Assembly (NCBI GenBank): GCA_025457915.1
Contig: JALOTL010000002.1
Coordinates: 13,692 to 77,691, forward strand
Length of the DNA stretch: 64,000 nt
DNA from: Spirochaetota bacterium
GTDB taxonomy: Bacteria > Spirochaetota > UBA4802 > UBA5550
Direction of reading: 5' to 3'
Each line of letters opens with the position of its first letter. The first letter of the stretch is position 1. This document shows positions 1 through 10,493 of this stretch, piece by piece. Position numbers and translations under genes: made by a program. A model generated the notes under the pieces. That model searched no databases. It was not told the origin of the DNA and saw only the letters and a program-made list of their open reading frames with translations.

Positions 1-444
1 ATACTGCATTTCGGTTGAATAATTGCTGTCAACCTCATATATAATCAGGCTGTCGAGCCCTTTCTTATCGATTATTTCCTTAAACTCCTTTTCGTTTTCC
101 ACGAGGAATTGTTTTACGACCCCGAGGGCTTTATTTTTGTAGAAGTCACTTGTCTCCATCATCTGGTTGAAGCTGTCGAATGATGACGTAAAAAGGGTTA
201 TCTTGTCGCTTGCCTCTGTGATTATTTCAATGGCATTGTTCTTTCTGTAGCCGTCGAGCCAGTAGCTGAGGGTCGTATGATACTTCTTTTTATCAATAGG
301 GGTTGAATCCGTGAAACGTATGAAAATGCCGCTTTTTTTGAATTTTTTTACATCAGAGTTTGTTATTTCCTTTCTGATGTTAAAGTCAGACAGGCAGGAA
401 ATCATAAACAGGGCCAGGGCCGGGAGTATAAGTATTTTTTTCAT
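1..444 (-). CDS. Putative lipoprotein, 3' end runs off the window
   Basis: Not in the ORF track. Manual translation from ATG at 444 gives MKKILILPALALFMISC (lipobox), open for 148 codons to base 1; GAGAGG SD upstream. Confidence 0.75.
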   Translation of the reverse strand, partial: MKKILILPALALFMISCLSDFNIRKEITNSDVKKFKKSGIFIRFTDSTPIDKKKYHTTLSYWLDGYRKNNAIEIITEASDKITLFTSSFDSFNQMMETSDFYKNKALGVVKQFLVENEKEFKEIIDKKGLDSLIIYEVDSNYSTEMQY

Positions 445-468
445 CTCATTACCTCTCGGGATTGAAAA

Positions 469-1275
469 TCAGCGGGAACGGCATGAAAGCATTTTCCTTC
501 CGCATGCGGTGAGCTGGATGCTTACGGGCGATTTCGGGGTCGCGCTTGAGTATTTCAATAAACCGAAATGCTTCAGCCAGGTGAAAAAATAAAAATCCAG
601 AAAAGAAATCATGAAGAGATTGTTCCTGCTGCTGAAACCGGTGAGTTCGAAAAATTCGTTCGCTATTTCATTTATGCTGGAAGGGCCGGTCCTGTGTAGA
701 ATTATATCGGCAAGTATATTTCTGCTCTCCTTGAGATCATTTGCCGCGTCAGGATCTGAAGGAAAAATCACCGCCCAGTTTGAATCGTTCCAGAAAGACC
801 TGAAGAGAACCGGATACAGTGTTGATTCCGGCATCATCTGATCTATGAACGCATATCTGCCGGACCCGTTAACCAGGCCGCAGGCCATCAGCATGCAGAG
901 GCATTGTTTTATGTATATCATCATGATTTCTTCATCATCTGAATCCGACAAATCCTCGGATTTAACCAGAGACAGGCATTTTTCGAAAAAGCTTTTTTGG
1001 AAAAGGCCGTTTTTGCTCAATTTAACCTTTTTACCGCTTATTTGCGATATTATGAGCCGAGCAAGCTTAACCGCGTAACATCTTTCGAGAGTCCGTGTGT
1101 AATCTTCCTGGATTTCAGAAATCATTGCCTTCATGCCGAACAGGTTTTTTATCGCCCTCGTGCTTTCAGCAATTGCTGATTCTCTGTCGATGTTGTTTGC
1201 CCTGATATTATATGAAGGAATGGGAGTTCCCTTGTTACCGGCCGTCGTCTTTTTTTTAAAGCTTCCTTTATTCAT
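469..1275 (-). CDS. Hypothetical protein (268 aa)
   Basis: Long ORF co-oriented with and 24 nt from the lipoprotein gene; no recognisable motif. Confidence 0.6.
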   Translation of the reverse strand: MNKGSFKKKTTAGNKGTPIPSYNIRANNIDRESAIAESTRAIKNLFGMKAMISEIQEDYTRTLERCYAVKLARLIISQISGKKVKLSKNGLFQKSFFEKCLSLVKSEDLSDSDDEEIMMIYIKQCLCMLMACGLVNGSGRYAFIDQMMPESTLYPVLFRSFWNDSNWAVIFPSDPDAANDLKESRNILADIILHRTGPSSINEIANEFFELTGFSSRNNLFMISFLDFYFFTWLKHFGLLKYSSATPKSPVSIQLTACGRKMLSCRSR

Positions 1276-1674
1276 TTATGCGGTTCGTTTTATTTTGTTT
1301 ATCGTTTTCTATTAATTATAAAAATGGCGATGTATTGTACATCGCGTTTTTTATAAAGCTTGTTGAATATCATATAATCCGGTAAGCAGGTGTATGAAAC
1401 CCTGTTAATGATTGGATGATCATTTATATCAAAATTAATATAAAGTCAAGATAAATCTATTTTTTTTAAAAAAAAATAAATGGAGCTGAACAATTATTAA
1501 ATTAAAATTAATAACACGATCCGTGTTGATTGTCCACAATCATTCGGTTTGCCTGTTCGATTCATGTCCGGTGTAAAAAAAAATAATTCGATTTACCTTG
1601 TGAACAATAATAAACGGCATTAAGAGTCCGTAATTGCCGGAAGGTTTTAAAAATGGAAACGAATCTGTATCAAT

Positions 1675-1703
1675 TTGACATTATCCGGCTTTTTTTGTAG
1701 AAT
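1675..1703 (+). promoter_or_regulatory. sigma70-like promoter with no obvious downstream CDS
   Basis: TTGACA-N17-TAGAAT. Confidence 0.5.
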
Positions 1704-1941
1704 ATTGACCCTGGTAGATGTTTTTATAATTTGAAATTAATTATTATAACAGGCATCGGCCGATGAAATTGCTTCAATAAAGCCTCATAACGGTTTTTTC
1801 AATTGAGGAAAGAATTTATCAGGACCGTTTTAACCTGGAAGTTTTGAATAAATTAATTAAAAGCACGGGTTATTTTTATTTGCGTTGCAGCTGCAGACTG
1901 TTTTTAAGGCAATTAATCAACCGCGGATTATCATAAGAGTC

Positions 1942-2616
1942 TCATATTGATGCAATCCTTGACGCGTTTTCCCTGTTTATGTTGCCCTGGGCCGCAAGAG
2001 CTCCCGACGGGTTATCAGTAATGCGCGATTTTAAATCCTCAATCGCAGTCCCCGCGTCATTTATTTTCGCCGGAGCAAAATCAACGGAACCGATGATGGA
2101 ATGGTTCAGGCTTTTTTCGGATTTTATCAGGGATTCAAATTTGCTTTTCAGGCCGTTTGATACCTTAGTGATTTCTTCAGCCGACGGCATATCGCCGGAT
2201 CCGATTTTTGAGGAAATTCCCTTCAGTCCGTCCATTGAGTCTTTCAGGTCCGTGATGCCGTAAGGATTCCCGCTCTGAACCGGAATTGTAACCGCATGTC
2301 CGAAATCACGTATTGATGAATTTATTTCGGATTGCATCCGGCTTACTTCGTTTTGATTGATTTTTCCCGTGTTAAGGGCCTGGGAGGCCATATTTTTAAG
2401 CTGTGAAGTGATGACAAGGGCCTTTTGTATTATGGATTGCGAAACCAGCACAAGGCTCAATGCGTCGCCAAGTCCCTTTTCAGCGCCCAGTCTTTCCCTG
2501 ATGGAATTATTCGCGGATTCAGCGTTTTTTTCATGATATGCCTGTATTTTCTGCGGATTGCTTTTTAACTGTGAAGGCCTGCTTGCAATATCGTTGACTT
2601 CCGTTCTGATTTTCAT
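1942..2616 (-). CDS. Short flagellin-like protein
   Basis: GLGDALSLVLVSQSIIQKALVITSQLKNMASQALN...MQSEIN resembles the flagellin N-terminal helix; ALAAQGN resembles the C-terminal AMLAQAN. Start moved to ATG 2616 (AGGGAGGG SD). Confidence 0.6.
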   Translation of the reverse strand: MKIRTEVNDIASRPSQLKSNPQKIQAYHEKNAESANNSIRERLGAEKGLGDALSLVLVSQSIIQKALVITSQLKNMASQALNTGKINQNEVSRMQSEINSSIRDFGHAVTIPVQSGNPYGITDLKDSMDGLKGISSKIGSGDMPSAEEITKVSNGLKSKFESLIKSEKSLNHSIIGSVDFAPAKINDAGTAIEDLKSRITDNPSGALAAQGNINRENASRIASI

Positions 2617-2688
2617 AATTCCCTCCCTGGCTGCAGATAATAAGTTATTCCTGTTTTGGAAAGATGTCAAACTTTTTTAGCGGGCGGT

Positions 2689-3261
2689 TCATAGTTTCGA
2701 CTTGAGCTCGCCTATGAACTCGGCGGCCTCTTTTTCGGTGAGATCAAGGGTGGCCCTTCCGCCGCCCTGGTGGGCAAACGTCACGGCAATGCCGCCCGGC
2801 TTTTTTTCCACGGAGAATTTTTTTCCGCCGGGCATGTTTACCGACGGATCCAGCCAGTCGGGGGGATTGAATTCAGCGATCTGGATCAGGACGCCGAAGG
2901 CGTCCCCGGGGTGGATGAACAGCTCTTTCCAGACGTTTCCGTACTCACGGAGGCCGAAAAACGGTATGCCGTTTTTTTCAAGAATCATGGCGGCTTTACT
3001 TATGTCGGCCGTCTGCATGGTTATATGATGCACCCCGCCGTCTTTTTTTTTCAGGAAATTGTCGAGAAAGCTGCCACTGCCGGTAGGGGTTAGGATTTCA
3101 AGCCTGCTGAGATCGCCGACTGACATGAGCTGCCATATGTATTTCATCCCCGGATCTTCATTTGAAGCGCCCAGTACGGCGCCGAACAGGTCCCTGAAAA
3201 AAACCAGGGCCTTTTCATAATCCCTGACGGCTATGGCAACATGGTCTATCCTCTTTATCAT
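2689..3261 (-). CDS. VOC-family protein (methylmalonyl-CoA epimerase-like)
   Basis: IDHVAIAV, LEILTP, GGVHHI, FIHP..AFGVLIQIAE motifs. Confidence 0.85.
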   Translation of the reverse strand: MIKRIDHVAIAVRDYEKALVFFRDLFGAVLGASNEDPGMKYIWQLMSVGDLSRLEILTPTGSGSFLDNFLKKKDGGVHHITMQTADISKAAMILEKNGIPFFGLREYGNVWKELFIHPGDAFGVLIQIAEFNPPDWLDPSVNMPGGKKFSVEKKPGGIAVTFAHQGGGRATLDLTEKEAAEFIGELKSKL

Positions 3262-4175
3262 TTTGCCCCCGCGTTTTTTAAAAGCATCACGATGAACCTG
3301 TATCCCCTTGACTCCGCCTCCTGAAGTGCGCTCCTGCCAACCATGTCCCTGAAATTGAGTTCCGCTCCCCTGTTGATGAGAATCCTGATTATGTCGAAAT
3401 ACCCCCTGGCGGAAGCATACATTATCGCGGAGCGTCCGTACCTGTCCCTTGTGTTGATCAGGGCCCCTTTGTTGATCAGATAATTGACGATTTCCGCGTG
3501 TCCGGAATAGGATGCCCCGATAAGCGGCGTTGAATCAAAGATGTTCCTGTCGTTTATATTGGCCCCGGAAGACAGCAGCATTTTTACAATTTCCAGATGG
3601 CCCTTGCCTGATGCCAGTATGATTGCTGAATTTCCGTAATTGTCCTTGGTGTTCGGATCCGCCTTTGCCCTTAAAAGCATCATGACGCCGGCCGTATTTC
3701 CTTTGTATGAGGATAATATGAGGGCGGTGAATCCGTTTTTTTCCCTGATGTTGGGATTTGCCCCGGATTCCACGAGGATCTGAATGCCCTGCAGATTGCT
3801 GTCGTTGGAGTTCTGTATCAGGGGGGTGAATCCCCTTGAATCAGCGTCATTTATCCTTGCGCCCGAGCTTGCCAGGAGCCTCATGACCGGTCCCCTCGAG
3901 AAAAAAAGCGCGTTTTTACCCTGCTTGTCCCTGGCGTTTACATCCGAACCCCTTTCTATGAGGAATTTGCACATGTTCAGGTCGTTTTTCATCGATGAAA
4001 GGATGAGGGGCGTGCGTCCGTTCTCATCACGCATGTTAATGCCGGAACCCGCCTGTATCGCATTCAAAGCGTCCTGGATGCTGCCTGCCTCCACTGCGTT
4101 GAAAATCTGCCTGTCTAGCGAATAAGCCGGAACGACGAGTAAAAGCATTATTATTAAATGAATCCGGAATTTCAT
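3258..4175 (-). CDS. Exported ankyrin-repeat protein
   Basis: Signal peptide plus about 8 ankyrin repeats (G.TPLI.AS..G...IV..L...GA..N). Confidence 0.9.
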   Translation of the reverse strand: MKFRIHLIIMLLLVVPAYSLDRQIFNAVEAGSIQDALNAIQAGSGINMRDENGRTPLILSSMKNDLNMCKFLIERGSDVNARDKQGKNALFFSRGPVMRLLASSGARINDADSRGFTPLIQNSNDSNLQGIQILVESGANPNIREKNGFTALILSSYKGNTAGVMMLLRAKADPNTKDNYGNSAIILASGKGHLEIVKMLLSSGANINDRNIFDSTPLIGASYSGHAEIVNYLINKGALINTRDRYGRSAIMYASARGYFDIIRILINRGAELNFRDMVGRSALQEAESRGYRFIVMLLKNAGAK

Positions 4176-4381
4176 TTGCTGCCGGCTGTCCTTTGTCTAA
4201 AAATTAATTAATTTTAAAAGAGCCGGCCCGACGGTAAAAAATCAAGTTATTTTCTTGTAAAAAAACATTTCATATTAAGAGGGGGGCTTTTTTTCAAAAT
4301 GACATGAATAAATAATTGATTATTTTCCGATGTGATGACATTTGATATAATAATCATAAAAAATGGGGGTGGAGCCTGCTG

Positions 4382-4591
4382 ATGAAAGCTGCTTTAAGAC
4401 TGGGTCTGGTTTTTATGTCACTGCTTCTTGTCTTCGGGTGCAAGAAGAAAAATGAGCCGAACAGGGTGGACATGGACCAGATTGACATTGATCGGTCCAC
4501 CAACTACAGGCATGTCTTCAAGGACATGATAGAAGATGATGAAAGAAATCAGAAAAAATACAAAAGGGACACATTCAAAAGGACGGAGTGA
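4382..4591 (+). CDS. Small lipoprotein
   Basis: LLLVFGC lipobox, GGAG SD, 5 nt upstream of the protease gene. Confidence 0.7.
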   Translation: MKAALRLGLVFMSLLLVFGCKKKNEPNRVDMDQIDIDRSTNYRHVFKDMIEDDERNQKKYKRDTFKRTE

Positions 4592-4596
4592 AGTAA

Positions 4597-5739
4597 ATGC
4601 TCGCAAAAAACAGGAAAAAAATCATTCTCGCCGCGCCTGTAATCATGGCGGCCGCCCTGCTGGTCTTGAATTATTTTTCATGCTCCAGGGATGACAGTTC
4701 TTCACTGTTCGGCAACATGCAGCAGTCCCCGCTAAAATCATCATCGGATTCGTCGAAGGCGCTCGAGATACAGGACGCCTTCAGGAAAATATACGACATG
4801 TACAAGGACACGGTCGTTTTCATAACAACAGAGCAGACCGTCAGGGTCCAGCCGCATCCGTTTTTCGACGACCCATTCCTCAGGGAATTTTTCGGAAGCG
4901 AAGCAAGGCCAATGGTGGAAAAAAGGGTGGGGCTGGGTTCCGGGTTCATTATTTCCGAGGACGGATACATCTGCACCAATTATCACCTGATAGGCGGAGT
5001 TTCGAAGGTGACCGTCAAGGTAAACGAAAAGGAATACAAGGCCTCGGTTGTCGGTTATGACAAGAAAACAGACGTGGCACTGCTTAAGATTAATCCCTTC
5101 GGCAAGCTCAAGCCTGCATATTTCGGCGACTCCGACAAGGTAAGGGTCGGCGACTGGGCGATCGCGATAGGAAACCCCTTCGGCCTGGACAAGACCTTCA
5201 CGGTCGGCGTGATCAGCGCGATCGGCAGAAGGGACACGGAAGGGGGCTCTCACATCCAGACAGACGCGTCGATCAACCCCGGCAATTCCGGCGGACCGCT
5301 GATAAACATCTACGGCGAGGTAATCGGAATCAACCGGATGATCTATTCCCAGAGCGGGGGATATATGGGGATAGGCTTCGCCATCCCGTTCAATACCGCC
5401 AGGGCCATACTGGACCAGTTGAAAAAACACAAGAAGATCACCAGGGGGTATATCGGCGTATCTATCGTGCCGATCCCGGAGGATTATGCCAGGGAACTGG
5501 GGCTTAAAGCCGCCAATGGCGCCTTTATCGGAGAGGTTTTTCCGGGAAGCCCCGCCCTCAATTCCGGGATCAGGGTCGGCGATGTCATTTTAAAGGTTAA
5601 CGACAGGGAGGTAAAGGATCATAACGACCTGATTTCCCTTGTGGGACAGGCGCAGGTCGGAAACACGCTGAAGCTGTCCGTCTGGAGAAACAGGAAGGTT
5701 ATAAATATTTTTGTAAAGGTCGATGAGAGGCCTGAGTAA
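4597..5739 (+). CDS. htrA: HtrA/DegP-family serine protease with one PDZ domain
   Basis: GSGFII, TNYH, TDVALLKI, IQTDASINPGNSGGPL; C-terminal PDZ (GSPA..SGIRVGDVI). Confidence 0.92.
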   Translation: MLAKNRKKIILAAPVIMAAALLVLNYFSCSRDDSSSLFGNMQQSPLKSSSDSSKALEIQDAFRKIYDMYKDTVVFITTEQTVRVQPHPFFDDPFLREFFGSEARPMVEKRVGLGSGFIISEDGYICTNYHLIGGVSKVTVKVNEKEYKASVVGYDKKTDVALLKINPFGKLKPAYFGDSDKVRVGDWAIAIGNPFGLDKTFTVGVISAIGRRDTEGGSHIQTDASINPGNSGGPLINIYGEVIGINRMIYSQSGGYMGIGFAIPFNTARAILDQLKKHKKITRGYIGVSIVPIPEDYARELGLKAANGAFIGEVFPGSPALNSGIRVGDVILKVNDREVKDHNDLISLVGQAQVGNTLKLSVWRNRKVINIFVKVDERPE

Positions 5740-5745
5740 TTCCGT

Positions 5746-7413
5746 TCATTTCCCCTCCCGGGTGAAATGTCTTTTTTTCGAAATTTTAAATACCGTTTCA
5801 GCGCGGACTGATTTTAATGCCGGCGCCTCGTCCGGCGGGACCATGTTCCACGAATAAAGCTCCTGACCGGTAATTTCGAGGAATCTATCCATGCCGAGCC
5901 ATCTTTGATAACTCAGGTCAATTGCGTCATCGGAAATTTTTATATCCAGAAAACCCCAGGAAAGCTCACCATAGAGATGGTATTTAAATGCATATTCATC
6001 ATTGAAAAAAAGTCCATTAGGCGAATTCCTGTCGTGCCGCCAGTCCAGCCATCTGTTTTTTTTCCTTTTCATGATATAATCGTCCAGGGATGATCCTCCT
6101 GTACCGGCCACGAGATAGAAGGTCCCTCCCCAGGGCGTTTCCCCGTCTACCTGGAACGCGTCGAAGTTGTGGTCGTGTCCGGAAAGGACCAGGTCGACCC
6201 TGTGCTTCCTGAAAAGCTCCAGGTACTGGGCGGTCAGGATTTCGTTCGTTCCGTAATCTCCCGTGCTCAGCACGGGCGTGTGCATGCATACAATGATCCA
6301 TTTTTTTCCTGATTTTTTTTCCAGCTCGCGCTTTATGAAATCGTACTGCCTCCTCCCGGTCGAAAGTACCGGTCCGTCCGGGCTGGTCCCGGGCCCGTCA
6401 TAAGCGTTCGCGATTATGAAATGCGCGCACCCGTAGTCGAAGGAGTAAAACATGGGGATGGAGAAGAAGTACCTGAAATTTCCGGCATAATCCTCAAGGA
6501 ATTCATGATTTCCCGGGACAGGGACAAGCGGAAGGCCGGGATGGCGTTCCAGCACGGAAAAAAATTCCATCCATGAACGGAGATCGGATCCGGTTTTCAC
6601 CATATCGCCGAGGTGCAGCAGGAAATCCGGTTCGGCTCCGGCGGCGCGGTACCAGTCCCGGGCGGCGGACATCACCTCTCCGAAATATGAATAATACCCT
6701 TCGTTTCGTTTCGTGTTTCCCGTGTCTCCCATGCACAAAACCCTGAACGGTCCCTTCTCCGGCGGGGGGGTCCGGAATGCAAAGGTATCCTTTTTTAATC
6801 CCGGGATCTGATAAACGTATCCTGTCCATTGAGAGATACCGCCGGGAATGAATTCGTGCCTTGCGCCGCCCCGGGATTCTTCCGCGGTACTTATCATCCC
6901 GGACGGGTCCGGGCCCCTTCCGTAAAGGATCCGGTACTTTTTGCTTTCGCTTCCCGGTTCGTAAAACCAGATTTTGATCCGCCCGCCGTCGCCGATGACA
7001 GTGAATGGACCGATACCGGACTGGAACGAAAGCTCAGCTGAAGGATTTCTTCCGGTTTCGGCCAGGGATGACCCGGCTGTAATGAAGCACGCGAAGGCCG
7101 CGGAGACCGCGATCACGAGGACCGATGAAGCAGCATAAAATGTCCGATACGGGGTCAGAGCCCCGTTTTTTACCGCTGCAAGTTGCCTGATTGAAATCAA
7201 GGCAAGAACCGCAGATACTATCAGAATGATTGAAGTTACCGACACAATCCGGACCAGCAGGGAGGTTTTTAAAAAAATTATTACAATTTCCCAGCCGTAA
7301 ACCAGCAAAAAATAAACCACGGTTGAAATAACGGCAGCCGATGCGGCAAATTCCAGTACGGGCGGCATTAGAGGATTAATTTTTTTATCATGCATTTTTT
7401 TATTCCGCACCAA
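5746..7413 (-). CDS. Membrane-anchored metallophosphoesterase (purple acid phosphatase-like)
   Basis: N-terminal TM helices; MGD, HLGDMV, GNHE, MH.P, SGHDH motifs. Start uncertain. Confidence 0.85.
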   Translation of the reverse strand: MVRNKKMHDKKINPLMPPVLEFAASAAVISTVVYFLLVYGWEIVIIFLKTSLLVRIVSVTSIILIVSAVLALISIRQLAAVKNGALTPYRTFYAASSVLVIAVSAAFACFITAGSSLAETGRNPSAELSFQSGIGPFTVIGDGGRIKIWFYEPGSESKKYRILYGRGPDPSGMISTAEESRGGARHEFIPGGISQWTGYVYQIPGLKKDTFAFRTPPPEKGPFRVLCMGDTGNTKRNEGYYSYFGEVMSAARDWYRAAGAEPDFLLHLGDMVKTGSDLRSWMEFFSVLERHPGLPLVPVPGNHEFLEDYAGNFRYFFSIPMFYSFDYGCAHFIIANAYDGPGTSPDGPVLSTGRRQYDFIKRELEKKSGKKWIIVCMHTPVLSTGDYGTNEILTAQYLELFRKHRVDLVLSGHDHNFDAFQVDGETPWGGTFYLVAGTGGSSLDDYIMKRKKNRWLDWRHDRNSPNGLFFNDEYAFKYHLYGELSWGFLDIKISDDAIDLSYQRWLGMDRFLEITGQELYSWNMVPPDEAPALKSVRAETVFKISKKRHFTREGK

Positions 7414-7667
7414 TATGAAAATCCGATAATTCCCTTTTTACGCTGATGGTTCATTAAAGAAATACTGTGTCTGTAAGAAACATGATTTCAGACAAACCTG
7501 TTGTTTTTAAAGGAAGTTTTAAAAAATTATTGTTATTTAACGCTTTTAATTGAAATATGTCCAAATAAATCTTTTTATTTTCATTATAATGTGATTGTTT
7601 TATTTATTAGGGAGAATTCCTCTATAATTTTAGACATTATTATAATTTTGTATAAAAATAAATCAAA

Positions 7668-7874
7668 ATGGACTATTACGCTAGGAAATTTTTTTTCTAT
7701 CTCGGAATTATTGCGGCAATCTATATAACGATTGCCCATATCCTTCCGTTTATATTTGAACTCATCGGCGGGTTGTTGAAGATTTTATTGATCGGCGTTT
7801 TCTGGATAGTAATTATTGCAGTCGTAATATTCGTGATCGCCCATATCATCCAGAGGTCGAAAAATTATTATTGA
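7668..7874 (+). CDS. Small membrane protein
   Basis: 68 aa with two hydrophobic helices. Confidence 0.6.
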   Translation: MDYYARKFFFYLGIIAAIYITIAHILPFIFELIGGLLKILLIGVFWIVIIAVVIFVIAHIIQRSKNYY

Positions 7875-8053
7875 TTTTCGTTTTAGAATTTTGTAAAATA
7901 TTTATTAATTTATGCCGTGTATTTTTTCCCGTAAATTATACAAAATTCACTTGGTATATGAAAAGTGCGCAAAGGGCTGAATGAGCAAAGATAGTTCATC
8001 CTGATACCGCAAAGCTTTATAATCGTTCAAACAAGTACAGGCGGTTTTTTTTA

Positions 8054-10408
8054 ATGAAAGGCATGGAAAACCACGAGGGAAAGATCAGGAAAATTGAAGA
8101 AATCGCCCTTTCCCTTTTCGCCACCTTCACCGTTTTAGGCGGGGTAATCTTCGGTTATATCACCTCTGAAATAAAGAATTATTCCGGCATAGAGAACCTT
8201 AAAAGGTTCCAGCCAAGCATGCCGACAAGGCTGTATGATGTTAACGGCGAGCTGATCGCCGAGCTCTTCCAGGAGAAGAGGGAACTCATCACCTTCGATG
8301 AAATGCCTGTCAGCCTTATCAATTCCTTCCTCGCTGCCGAGGACAGGGCCTTTTATGACCATTTCGGCCTGAACCCCATGGCGATAGTAAGGGCCATGGG
8401 CAAAAACGTCATCGCATCGCTGATGAACTTTAAGCCTACCGTCGTACAGGGTGGATCGACCATAACCCAGCAGCTTGCAAAAAGGCTTTTCACCACCGGG
8501 GAAAGGACGGTCATGAGAAAAGCCCTTGAGGCCGTGCTAGCATTCCAGATAGAAAAAAAGTTCTCCAAGGAGGAGATCCTTGAGATGTATTTCAACCAGA
8601 TATACCTGGGACACGGATGCCACGGGATATCGACGGCGGCTAAATTTTATTTCGACAAGGACGTCAGGTTCCTGAACGTGGTGGAGAGTTCGGTGCTGGC
8701 CGCGCTTCCCTCCAAGCCGTTCGGATTTTCGCCACTCAAGTATCCCAAGAGGGCCTACTTAAAGAACAGGGACACCCTGAACAGGATGGTCGACGCCGGT
8801 TTCATGACGGAAAAAAGGTCCAATGAATTATACAGGGACTTCTGGCCCGCTTATATCGATTCCATAATAGACGAGTATCCGACCAAGACGGCCATATCCA
8901 AAAATGTGGACAATGCGCCTTATTTTACCGATTACGTGAGACAGATACTGCTTGCAAGGTTCGGAAAGGACGCGGTCTACAATGAAGGACTCAGCGTATA
9001 TACGACGCTCAATCTCAAAAGACAGAGCATAGCCCAGAAACTGGTGAAGGACGGGGTGGAGGAGCAGGACAAGGTATCGTCGAAGGCCAATGAATACTAC
9101 AACATGGCGGTTGACAGGGGCCTGATCGGCGCGTATGGGACCCTCAGGATGATATTCCCGCTGTCCGGCGTTCTTGTTAAAAATGATATAGAAACCATGT
9201 TCAAAAAAGAGATGGTGGACGAGGACCTGGATTCCCTCGATATCCTTACTCTTCTCGTGGATTCGCCGAGGTGCAACAAGTCGCTTGAGATTTTCAGGAC
9301 CCTTGTATCCGGCATATCCACATCGATGAAGGTCCAGGGGGCCATGATAGCCATAGAACCGAAAACCGGCTACATATCAACCATGATCGGCGGAGCGGAA
9401 TTCGAGGTTTCGAACCAGTACAACAGGGCGGTGCAGGCCAGGAGACAGCCCGGATCGGCCTTCAAACCTTTCGTTTACGGGGCCGCGGTTGAAAACAAGA
9501 GAATAACCACAACGACCGAGCTCCCGGACGCGCCGATAGTCGACATAGACGCCCAGGGCGACACCTGGTCGCCCGGAAACTACGAAGGCGATTACAGCGG
9601 CATGGTGCCTATTAACAGGGCCCTCGCGTCGTCAATCAACATCATTTCGGTGAGGATATACGATCTTGTCGGGGCTGACAGGATCATCGAATACGCGTCA
9701 AAGATGCTGAAGGTCCCGGAATCGAGATTCACTCCCAACCCGACCCTTGCACTGGGCACAACGGAACTCACCCCGTTTGAAATGGCCACGGCCTATGCCG
9801 TTTACGCGAACAGGGGCAGGGACGTCATACCTTTCGCCGTAAGATATGTCCTGGACAGGGACGGCAACGAAATGGCGAACATCGAGGGGGAGGTCGGCGG
9901 AATAATCGCCGCCAAGCAGCTGGACGGATCGATACAGATCATATCCGAGGATGTCGCCTGGATAATGACGAGCCTCATGCAGGGCGTTATAGACCACGGT
10001 ACGGCGTCCGAGTCGATAAGGGGCAAATGCAACTTCATGAAGCAGGCGGCCGGAAAGACCGGGACGACCACGAACTGGACTGACGCCTGGTTCTGCGGGT
10101 TCACTTCCGACCTTGCTGCCGCGGTCTGGATCGGTTATGACAGGCAGTTCATGTCGCTGGGCAAACATCAGGCCGGCGCGGGCGTTGCCGCTCCCATATG
10201 GGCCAGGTACATGAAGGAAGTCTACAACGGCATGCCTGATCCGGCGTTCCCGCCCAGGCCCGAGGGCGTGCAGCAGATCGGCGCAGGCTGGGGACTCAAG
10301 GGCGCGACGGCGCAGTATTACAATTCAATGGACCAGGACAATAAGAGGATAAAGATGGAATCAGTTCTTGAAAGATACATGGAAAAAGAGGGACTGAAGG
10401 TAGAGTGA
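8054..10408 (+). CDS. mrcA: Class A penicillin-binding protein (PBP1A)
   Basis: Transglycosylase motifs AAEDRAFYDH, QGGSTITQQLAK, RKALE; transpeptidase motifs SAFK, SIN, KTGT. Confidence 0.93.
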   Translation: MKGMENHEGKIRKIEEIALSLFATFTVLGGVIFGYITSEIKNYSGIENLKRFQPSMPTRLYDVNGELIAELFQEKRELITFDEMPVSLINSFLAAEDRAFYDHFGLNPMAIVRAMGKNVIASLMNFKPTVVQGGSTITQQLAKRLFTTGERTVMRKALEAVLAFQIEKKFSKEEILEMYFNQIYLGHGCHGISTAAKFYFDKDVRFLNVVESSVLAALPSKPFGFSPLKYPKRAYLKNRDTLNRMVDAGFMTEKRSNELYRDFWPAYIDSIIDEYPTKTAISKNVDNAPYFTDYVRQILLARFGKDAVYNEGLSVYTTLNLKRQSIAQKLVKDGVEEQDKVSSKANEYYNMAVDRGLIGAYGTLRMIFPLSGVLVKNDIETMFKKEMVDEDLDSLDILTLLVDSPRCNKSLEIFRTLVSGISTSMKVQGAMIAIEPKTGYISTMIGGAEFEVSNQYNRAVQARRQPGSAFKPFVYGAAVENKRITTTTELPDAPIVDIDAQGDTWSPGNYEGDYSGMVPINRALASSINIISVRIYDLVGADRIIEYASKMLKVPESRFTPNPTLALGTTELTPFEMATAYAVYANRGRDVIPFAVRYVLDRDGNEMANIEGEVGGIIAAKQLDGSIQIISEDVAWIMTSLMQGVIDHGTASESIRGKCNFMKQAAGKTGTTTNWTDAWFCGFTSDLAAAVWIGYDRQFMSLGKHQAGAGVAAPIWARYMKEVYNGMPDPAFPPRPEGVQQIGAGWGLKGATAQYYNSMDQDNKRIKMESVLERYMEKEGLKVE

Positions 10409-10493
10409 TATACCGTCAATAAATTTTGAGCAGGGGGTCTTTCGGCATTATAGGGTTTTTCAGGTTTTGAGAGGTTAAATTCAGGAGCATTAT

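Noticed and set aside
7981-8053. Possible frameshifted N-terminal extension of PBP1A (ATG at 7981, one base out of frame)
   Set aside because: ATG 8054 has a plausible AGGCGG SD and gives a normal N-terminus with a TM anchor; homologs or reads would be needed to claim a frameshift.
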